This document shows positions 54,296 to 64,000 of a DNA stretch of 64,000 nucleotides, piece after piece. Every line of letters starts with the position of its first letter. The first letter of the stretch is position 1. This stretch comes from Octopus vulgaris (taxonomy: Eukaryota), in assembly GCA_951406725.2 (NCBI GenBank), contig OX597827.1:25420001-25484000 (forward strand), read 5' to 3'. The notes below the pieces were generated by a model. The model had not been told where the DNA came from, made no database searches, and was given only the letters and a program-made list of their open reading frames with translations. The translations under genes were made by a program, and so were the position numbers.

Positions 54296-57200
54296 TTCGG
54301 CACATGAACTTCTTTTAGAATTTTCTGTTGTTTCTGCTGACGTTTTATTCCGAATCTGTCTCACTTTCATACTTATGTAGAATGCATATTATATATTTCA
54401 AAATTTAAATAAAGCAAGAATGAGTTTATCAAGATCAGATGGTTGTTGTAATTCGGAACAAAATTCGCTTTTCGTTAAAGAAAAAGTAGCAAGAGTAAAA
54501 TCGTGACTGGTACAAAAATACATCTACGGGTTGGTGGTGGTGCTATAAAGAGAGAATTAGCCTCAAACAGAGTTTCACTTCTCATATTTCCTTCTGTGAT
54601 ATTTCTCAAGATTCAAAATGACAGATTTACTCAAATTTTATTGAAATTTATTTTAAACAAAAAGCAAACAGTAGTTTTTCTGTGGTGTACATGATAAAGA
54701 AGCACCACAGAAAGAAAATATGGAATGGACGAGACAAGACCAGAGGAAAGAGATAACGGTAGTGTTATAAAAGTAGATATCTAGAAGAATGTGGTTGCAA
54801 ACTTAACTGCTGGGTTCACTGGGGAGCTTGTGTTTTCTCATTTGGCACATATTCCCTCGTACCATGTTTTTCGTGAAGAGCTTAATATGTTTAATGTAGG
54901 AATCCCATTATTTATTTCCTACGAAATGTAGGAATAAAGCACTTGATATGTAGGAACTGTGAACAACGATGATACAAAGAAAGAAAAATAGTAGTCAAGG
55001 GTTTTGATTATTATTATTTCAGTAAAGACAGGGGAAAAAAGTTTTGGATACCACCTGGAAATATATGTCCACTTATACAAATGTACATTTCCTTAGAAAT
55101 TCATAGACGTCTGCTAATATAGAGGAAAGTTAATTTATCAAGATACTAAATATTCGTTTAAATTCACAGCAAACTTTGTCTAATTTCACTAAGGTTATTT
55201 CCCAATTTTATCTGTGGCAGTTGTTCAATTTTATCGGTAGATGTTGCCCAATTTCTTCATATTGGTTTCAAATAAATTGTATTTCCTATTCATTTATATA
55301 TTTTTCTATCTCTAGAAACTGATGTTGACATATGCTTCTAACCTATCCAAATTCAACTGAAGTGTAAAGCATTCAATGAATGCAGAAAGTAGAAGCTCTA
55401 AGAGTTTTATCGACTGGGAAAGAGAATAGATGCAAAATTATTTATATTTCTACTCGGTAGAATTTAGCTACATGTGTGTATCTGAAAGCAAACTTAATAA
55501 TTCCTCAAATGTTTTCTTTCTCGAAACTTCGGTGCTGTGAATATCCAGACGAGACAAAAAGCTTGAAGTAAATAATGGGATTCTTTTGCGAGACATTTGA
55601 GTGAATAAAAACAGGATATTGACAAAAATATGCGAAGAAATGTTTCCAAAATGTGACCTGTACGGATTATTTCGTCGTTTTCCTTCTGGACATTCTGTAC
55701 GCTATATTGCATTCAAATGCATTTATCCAATATTAAAAATGGAAACGGAACGTTGTCGATGGACATTATCTGCGGTGACGCGCTACCGAAAAGTCACTAA
55801 GAATTCGGTTCTTGTAGGAAATGCCTCGAATTACACTAAAGTAATTATCACACTTTTGGGCTGAGATTCACGTCTCCTTACCAATTCTCCTTAAAGAGTT
55901 ATAGCTTCTTTCTGTATTTTCGTTTTCATGTGGAAAATCCGTCACCAGTTTTGGACGACAGCTCTATTAAAGATATTAAGTGTTTATGACCAGCAGTGAA
56001 ACACGTGACTGGTCCTTGGAGATTTTTGTGAGACATGATGACATAATCAGCTTATGGGTCTACACACTTTATACCTCATTTGGCACATCATACACATTTT
56101 GATGACAATGTGCATAAGTGGATTTATGTGTTCACACACACTCGCCCACACACACGCACACACACACACACACATCTGTGTATGTGAGTTGGTTCGTGTG
56201 TATAAGAGTGTTGGTGTCTGCATGACCCCATATATTTGGTTGTATGCATGATGCGTACATAGAAATTGGTATGTGTTAGAGCGTGAGTAGGCAAGAGTGT
56301 ATAAGTAGTTTGCAATGATTATTAGATTAGGGAAATGTGTTAAGGTGGAAGTGGCTTTTAGATTCTAGATACAGTGTCTAAGAAAGTGTAGCATCCCTTG
56401 AGCATCTATCTTCTCACTGAAGGGAAATTAATGGACATTTTTGCCTTTTTGTTTGTTTCATAATGGGAAATGGAAATAACTGCGAATGACTGAATTCCTA
56501 TAAGTTTGGAAATACATTTATTATATGTGTTTATATATATATTTGTTTTGTGTGTGATTTTAAATATGTACATGCATGTATGTAGCCTTATATTTATTCG
56601 AGTGTGAAAGAGGAATATTTGCAAAGACATTACCTAATATATTACTTGAGTTCCTGTATTCTCAATCTTCACACCATCTTCTTTCGCCAACTTCCCAAAT
56701 ATAGCTCAGACTAACAATAGTGTAACAAATAATATAAATACTTAACATCACCACTTTTCTTTTCTCATGAGATTGAAGCTATACGTTATTGCAGGATCAA
56801 ACTAAACAAACCTTTTTATAGTTAGGTGAGGAATGTCAGTGTTGGTTGGTCTCTGTTAAAGTACTTTCGGTGAGACGGGTATGCTTCGATCTTAATACAC
56901 GTATTTCTCAAAAAGAATAGATCCGATATGTTTTGAAGTTACAAATCTGTTACAAAAATAAGATATAAAAGTTTAACAACCAAAAAACCGAAAGACTGGA
57001 AAAGAAATATTGATAGGAGATAAGCGAAATAAAATTTTAGTTCTGGTTGAATTACGTATATTCTTTTAATATTTTCTTAGATTCACTCATTGGACTATAA
57101 CCAATGAGCGTCTTCACTCCAAGAATATAAGCAATCACATCCAGCCCAGGACTTAGTTCAGTATATTTTTGAACTCACAAAATAGACACAGTAACTCAAC

Positions 57201-57302
57201 AGCTTATCTTCTGACTTTTATATAAGTATAAATGTGTGTGTGTGTGTGTGTGTGTGTATGAATAAACCTTATATGTATATGCATACGTCTATGTATGCAT
57301 GC

Positions 57303-57337
<35 letters not shown>

Positions 57338-57394
57338 GAATTATGAATATGTAATAGGTATGAGCATATGCGTGTATGATATATATAATATTGA

Positions 57395-57605
57395 TTTCAA
57401 ATTTTAGCCCACGGACAGCATTCTCAGGGAAGAGGGAAAGTCGATTACATCGATTCCAGTGCTCAATTGGAACTTATTTTATCGACCCCCGAAGGATGTA
57501 AGGGAACGTCAACCTCGGTTGAATTTTTACTCGGAACGTAATGACGGACGAAATGCGAAAACGCATTTTGTCCGGCGTGCTAACATTTCAGTTAGCTCGC
57601 CGCAC
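57395..57605 (-). mobile_element. SINE family B, degraded
   Basis: gtcgattacatcga..ttttatcgacccccgaaggatg..acctcgg..actcggaacgtaa..ccggcgtgctaac..agctcgccg. Confidence 0.75.
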
Positions 57606-57954
57606 TTGTGATGTATATAATAATAGAACACACTGGTAAACAGAGCATACGATATACAAGTTACAACTACAAATCTAATGGTGAAAGACTCTATCGGTCA
57701 AATTCTTGCAAGGAGATCTGTTTAAACACAAGCCTCTCCAATATAAAAAGAATGCACAGAAACCCGAAACTAATTCACATCCTGCAGATGAGACTCAGAT
57801 GATGTGTATGTACAAAGGGATAAGAAAGACAACTTTGAGATATTGTTCCAAACGAACTTTAAGTGTCAGACACCTACATACGAGAAAACGTTAAAAAATT
57901 AGACGAACTAAATATCGTTGCTCACTCACTCACTATATCTCTAATTAACTGAAG

Positions 57955-58232
57955 TGAAGGCACCTGGCTAAGTAGTTAGTGTTATCAGCTTCTTGTCGTA
58001 AGGCTGTGAGATCGATTCCAGGCGGCAAGTTGTGATCTTGAGCAAGACACTTTATTTCACGTTTCTCCTGTCCCCTCAGCTGGCAAAAATGAATTGTAAC
58101 TGTATTTAAGAGGGCCAACCTCGTCACATTCTTTGTCACGCTGAATCTCTGAGAATTACGTTAAGTGAACGCGAGTCTTTGGAGTGATGTTCCGTTGACC
58201 GGAACTCTCATCGTCGTAACAGACGGAGTACC
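57955..58232 (+). mobile_element. SINE family C-related
   Basis: gaaggcacctggctaagtagttag..tcgattcc..cttgagcaagacactttatttcacg..ctcagctggcaaaaatga. Confidence 0.7.
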
Positions 58233-60289
58233 ATTACATAAGTGAATGCTTAGATGATTCTGGTTGAATAAACAGTTTTGTATTTGTTTTTAAAATTCAT
58301 ATGGAATGGAAGATGATTAAAAAGAACAACATTGCATGGAAATATCTGATGGACATCTTATCTTTGACGATAACGGTAAGCTTTGTAAGGCGATTTGGCC
58401 TGAAAGAAAGAAAGAGCGGAGAAAAAAAGAAAATATGACAGAACGAATGAATTATTGATTTCCTTTTTACTGTAACTGCCTTTCAGCCAATTACGTGCTT
58501 CTACAATGTAGTTTCGAATTAATTCTCCTTCACAGCTCTTTTAATCAAGTGAATACAACAGTTCCTAATTTATATCACCCTCTTTATTTTACCATTTTCC
58601 CAAGCAGGATCTGCTTCGCGTGTTCGTTTTACGAAACACGAAAAGCCAGACTGCTGCCTCTCAAGAAGACACACTTCCAGCACCATTAAGGAGATCTGTT
58701 TTTTCTTTGAAGTCTAACCCTCATATCATTCATTAATTAACTAAAACTGCTACAAAAATATGCCCTCAGAGTCATCTAATTCCCTTCTTTCTTATTCTTT
58801 ACGTGTAAACCAAACCAGAACTGGTTTCAATCATTGATGTAAAAATCAAAGGTAATATGGACGAATGTTAAGAGTTGCAGAGCGTCTGCTTCAAACATCT
58901 GAACAAGTTATAGAGATGTAGTGGAAATCTCTGTCGACATAATTCCTTCAGCACAACATCACTAGAAAATAAGAGTAAGAACTCATGCAAGCGCTTGGAT
59001 AATTTCATTTTCTCTTCAAGTATCTAGTCAATCACACAACCTTGATAGGCTGAATGCACTTTACATAATTTTCCTTATGAGTGATGACCATGTAACGTTT
59101 TAACAACACGTCTGCATCTAAATGATATTCCAGACTAAATTTAAGACATGTAATCTCCACATTTCGTTAAATATTACTACGTATTATAACGGCTGATTAT
59201 AAAAGTTTGGCAAAGTTTTGTGTATTAAAATTAGTTATACATTTAGATCTACATACATACACACACGCACACATATATATATATATTTATCAGAAGGATG
59301 TGTTATAATGCTATTCCACATATACAAAAACAGCGATACCAACAATCCAACATACGTCCATCATCAGCTGCCTCACAGATATCATTACGGTTTCGACACC
59401 TGGACAGTACCATTCAATCCAGCGGTGTCAACAGCATTAAAATAAGAGTTGTCTAGGAACGAACATACCAAAGAAACCACAACTTTCAAACACATTTACC
59501 CTATGTACAACAGTCATACAAAAATCTTCTCTACAGTCTTCCATAGTATAATATAAAAGTGAAAGCTTCATAACCACATTCATTCAATCTAAACATAGGC
59601 AGAATTAAACACTAACTTTAAAATTAAACTACGACAAAGAAATACAGGAATCTATGTACATCTGTGTCGGTATTAATAGTAAAGCTACAATATTTAAATT
59701 ATATAAAAAATAGTGACCAATCTTTAAGTCTATACAAATAATAACCCTACTAATCTTCCATAGTTACTACTATAATAAAAAAAATAAAAGCTTTATATTC
59801 AATTCTCTCCAAAATAAAAAACGATTGAATTTAATTCAACGGATAATATAATAATTATGAATGAAATATATTATTTCATAATTCAAAAGTCAGTAATTGA
59901 AGCGCTATATACTCATTAATATGTATTACCCTTAGAAGCTTTAATGTAAAATTACCAGTAACTAATAGCAACATCAAATTCATCAAATAGGAACTAATAA
60001 AAGTATACTTGTAATTAACTATTATTATAAAACCTCGTTACGATTAAAGCTAAATTAAAACTGTTTAAAAGGTGGTAAAACTACAAAGTATTTTCAAACC
60101 ACATGGTTCATCACTTGTAGAACTTAAATGATTATCTTAACTATTGATGACGTAATGCGTAATTACCCAATATTTATCTACAATTTAAAATTTAGATAGA
60201 TATGGAGTAGTATCAAGTCTTCAACACTGTAAATATTTCTAAAGATTTGGAAAGTTTACGATTCAAGTTATTTGCTTACTACGTCGCCA

Positions 60290-60840
60290 ATATTGTTTGA
60301 ATCAATTGAGGAAGTAATAATTACGCACTAAACAGCGATTAAAAGTTTTAACTAATTTACCATATCTATACCTTTGTGTCACTTTATGTCTTAACAGTTA
60401 AGGCAGAGAGCTGGCAGAAACGTTAGCACACCGGGCGAAATGCTTAGCCGTTACGTTCTGAGTTCAAATTCCGCTGAGGTCGATTAAATAAGTACCAGTT
60501 ACGCACTGGGGTCGATGTAATCGACTTAATCCCTTTGTCTGTCCTTGTTTGTCCCCTCTATGTTTAGCCCCTTGTGGGCAATAAAGAAATAATATGTCTT
60601 AGTTCATATATTCTTCCTAAAAATTTATTAGCATAATAAAAACACCATAACCAATAAAAGAAGGAATTCTACCACCGAACCATGGCATTGATGCCACTTG
60701 GGAACCAAAATCTTCTGTTTCATTATAAATGTCCGTACATATTTCATTATTACCCCTAATTACTAAATTGACGTTTAAATAATTAATATTCCTTATATTG
60801 TTCCCATTTCTGGTGGCTATATATTCGAGGGAAGTCAAAA
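60290..60840 (-). pseudogene. Degenerate RT thumb region of a second, distinct PLE lineage, interrupted by a SINE
   Basis: INYLNVNL..TDIYNETEDF..QV..MP...GRIPSFIGYGVFI and, beyond the SINE, QRYRYGKLVKTF. Resembles the PLE YDKRDDF..FP..SNIP..YGV..SQL..QGY motif. Confidence 0.55.
60398..60592 (+). mobile_element. SINE family B with 9-bp target-site duplication (tatgtctta)
   Basis: ttaaggcagagagctggcagaaacgttagc..ctgagttcaaattccg..gccccttgtgggcaataaagaaata; tatgtctta on both sides. Confidence 0.85.
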
Positions 60841-60899
60841 GTTTTTCTCACTTTCACCATAATATATCTTTATTATTGTTACACTGTCTTTTGCCTATG

Positions 60900-61470
60900 C
60901 GTGCTTATAGTTGGTACTATTGTTGTCACGCGATTAAAGTTTGAGCCTCATCTTGCCGTTTTTCTTAGAGTAAGCATGGCGGCTTCACTTGCAATGTGCA
61001 CCAAAGAGGAACAAAGACCAGTGATCTGAGAGAGTGTAAGGGTGAACCGGTTCATCATCAGCACCCCTTAAGCTTACTGACTCTTCTCATCAGGGGTGAA
61101 ATTTGACGGGCGTCCTGCTCCCTCTTCGTGCGTCACTCTTGTCCGGTCACTTTTAAACATTTCGAACCACCCATTCACTTCTATACGGTAGTGCAATGTT
61201 TCCGTATTATGCTAAAAGTCTCCAATGAGCTTCAGAACCCGACACACTTTTCGGCCAAAGAAATCGGATCACTACACTTTCTACTTTTTGGTACACACTG
61301 CTACTGGAGCGTCCATGCTTACACTGTAAATCCAGAAAGAAAAATTGGCACGATCAGGCTCAAACCTGGATCACGAGACCACAATAGTACCAATTGTAAG
61401 CATGCGTGCACAGAAAGCAGTGTGACAATAATAGAGATATGTTATGATGAAGGTGCGGATAATTTTTGAC
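60900..61470. mobile_element. mariner-derived rearranged relic
   Basis: Plus MAASLAMCTKEEQRPVI (60976). Minus strand near 61100-61310 gives a similar N-terminal HTH region (W..MF.S.RTRVTHEEGAGRPS). Confidence 0.5.
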
Positions 61471-61501
61471 TGTCCTTCGTTTGTGTGCGTGTGTATGTGT
61501 A

Positions 61502-61565
<64 letters not shown>

Positions 61566-61881
61566 ATTGTTAAAGAGGACAACAAGTGTTAAGGCAAGGC
61601 AAACATCTCAAGGCATATACATTATTATTATTAGAAAAAATTCAGTCTTATACTTGTTTATGGAATATCCCAGAGTATGGGATATTCCGTCATCGGAGAC
61701 AAATAGGGAAAATGAGAAGGGTATACATGAAGGAAATGATGACACAGAGGACAGGAGTAAAGGAATAAGGAGAAGAAAGAGAAGAAAAAAGAAGCATAAA
61801 AGTTCACAATTCAACTTTCCCCTTTCTTGTAGAAATAAGTCCGTAAGTACTTAGCTCCAATACGCAGGATTGCACCTAATG

Positions 61882-61936
<55 letters not shown>

Positions 61937-61941
61937 CATAA

Positions 61942-61977
<36 letters not shown>

Positions 61978-61995
61978 CATCTATACATCTATCTA

Positions 61996-62061
<66 letters not shown>

Positions 62062-62078
62062 CCTCTCTCTCTCTCTCA

Positions 62079-62144
<66 letters not shown>

Positions 62145-62569
62145 GGTGACATCTTTCTATGTGTAGAGAAAATGAAACATGAGGGTGAAAATAAACTAAA
62201 TAATACACACGACACATCAGAAAGCTCTTTGGTCTCCAGACGTCCAACTTCGTACGGCCTTCGACACTATATTATATATCACAGAATAGTTTATTGGAGG
62301 AGAATTAAATCTAATAGTTTACGAAGTAGCATCCAAATCACCGATATACCATGCTACAAAAACCTATGTAAGTATTTACATAAATGTGTTTAATTAGCTC
62401 TCATTCTGTCCCGTTATTTCCTCCTCTCTCCCTCTCTCTCTCACACACGTACACGAACAAATGACATATAAACACATACAGCCTGAAAGAGAGAGAGAGA
62501 GAGAGACAGATAGAGAGAGACAGAGCAGTGCACACGCATATGTATTATGTATGTAACTATATATGTATG

Positions 62570-63252
62570 TATAAATACGAATCGGTTTCTGACTGAAGAA
62601 TGAAGGCTCTGAATTACTGTCCGTTTTTCCGTGTTTGTCAATTCGTGAATTTCACGTTCTTTATATATAAGTTTTATTCTATATTATCGCAGCGTACGTG
62701 CACCAATCCATTTATGTTTGTCATATCTCCACTATTGCACGATGTCTTCAACTTTAAACCTCCCCTTTATCATCCGCCATTGCTTCTTCCTCAAGGTATT
62801 TTGGCGCTTCTTTACCAAGTTATTTTGGCGCCCCTTCCTCTCACCCTCTTTAATTCTTTCTTTCCCTCTCTCTCTTGGTCATTTCTCGGCCATCCTCAAT
62901 CCCCCCTCTCTCTTTCTCTCTCACCTTCATGCAACCTGCTGCTGCTAAGCCATTCCACTGCTGACAGCCGCCTGTACAACACATGTGTCCTCTACCGAAA
63001 AGGTAACCGCTTCCCACGCTTGCTGATCAATTGTTTTGTCTCATTTTGTCTGAAAGTCGTAAGACGCCCCCGTATGGAGTTTAACTGCTCTTTCTAGTGA
63101 GTCAGATGTCCTATCATTGTAATCTCTTATGTGTTCAAATGCACACTATATTTTTCTATGAATAATATATAGTCTATTGATTATTCTTTCCTTCTCGCTA
63201 GACCACTGGTAGCGGAGAATTTTTCTAAAATTTGTTTTGCTACCCTAAGATT

Positions 63253-63258
<6 letters not shown>
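62570..63258 (+). mobile_element. Longer member or relative of the 45170-45690 family
   Basis: 63075-63258 is nearly identical to 45508-45690 and ends at (TA)n. The 5' boundary is uncertain. Confidence 0.55.
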
Positions 63259-63292
<34 letters not shown>

Positions 63293-64000
63293 ATACTCCT
63301 TTATGGAAAGTGCAAATTCTCTTCAGTCTTTTAAAATTAAAGGTTAATAAGATTTCTTCAAGAGAATTATTTGCAAAATTTTCGGAATTTGATTGGAATA
63401 CAAATAAACAAATAAATAAATAGATAAATAAAAAATGTATGAATAAATAAATAAATAAAATAAAGAAAGAAAGAACATCTAAAACAAGAACATGATGTAC
63501 AGCAGCAAGCTGAAGAAATTGTGAAGTTTATTGGACGCCTTGGTAAGTTAATTTCTATATTTAATGCAATCCATGTTAAGCTAAATTAGTTTTTAGATGG
63601 CTGCCTTTGCAGAATCTCTTAACAAAATACTACAGAATATTTCTAATATGAATTCTTCTCATTAATTCTTAACAATTACAAGTATGTGGGTGTATGCAGA
63701 TGTTGTTTTACACAGAATATACGATGAGGCTGGTTGCTAAAGACTAGAAATTTATGCACACGGAACTGTTTTTGTTCATTGAAATTCCATATAATGTAAA
63801 ACCTTAGGTCACGCAATATAGACATTAAAATGATAAAAAAAAATACAATCAATATAAAGAAACCGCTCACAATTCTTCCATCGGTTCTTCGTTCTTTCTG
63901 TTCTTATTCTCTTACATTTCCATCTGTATCGCGTATGCTACACATAAGCGCTCGACACAAGAAGCTACATACGCACGCACACAAACACACAGACAAACAC

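Noticed and set aside
55600-55900. Possible mariner fragment (VTAD-like motif, minus strand)
   Set aside because: Only one weak motif; insufficient support.
63470-63550. Possible host exon (EHLKQEHDVQQQAEEIVKFIGRL) before GGTAAGT
   Set aside because: No polypyrimidine acceptor, no recognisable homology and no partner exons.

Overview
AT-rich eukaryotic non-genic DNA, dense in (TA)n/(CA)n/(TATC)n microsatellites. The SINE families and repeat landscape resemble an octopus/cephalopod genome (inferred from recall, not searched). No host protein-coding gene could be supported, and most listed ORFs are microsatellite translations. Real coding capacity is transposon-derived: (1) two near-identical, oppositely oriented Penelope-like elements (PLE; RT + GIY-YIG, Naiad-like) at ~6.5-9.2 kb (+) and ~47.6-51.4 kb (-); (2) L1/Tx1-like and R4/Dong-like LINE fragments; (3) a second, degenerate PLE RT; (4) mariner relics; (5) about 20 tRNA-derived SINE copies in three families. 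Two signals stand out. First, the PLE has two ORFs: its conserved RT N-terminus has no start codon and overlaps ORF1 in the -1 frame at a U_UUU_UUU slippery heptamer. Second, about 15 minimal type I hammerhead-ribozyme motifs from several short families are scattered through the window, many with variant cores (CCGANGA; compensatory U3-A8 TTGACAA). They include tiny fold-back elements and a tRNA-promoter + hammerhead element with a PLE-style inverted end, suggesting a set of non-autonomous ribozyme retroelements mobilised by PLEs.
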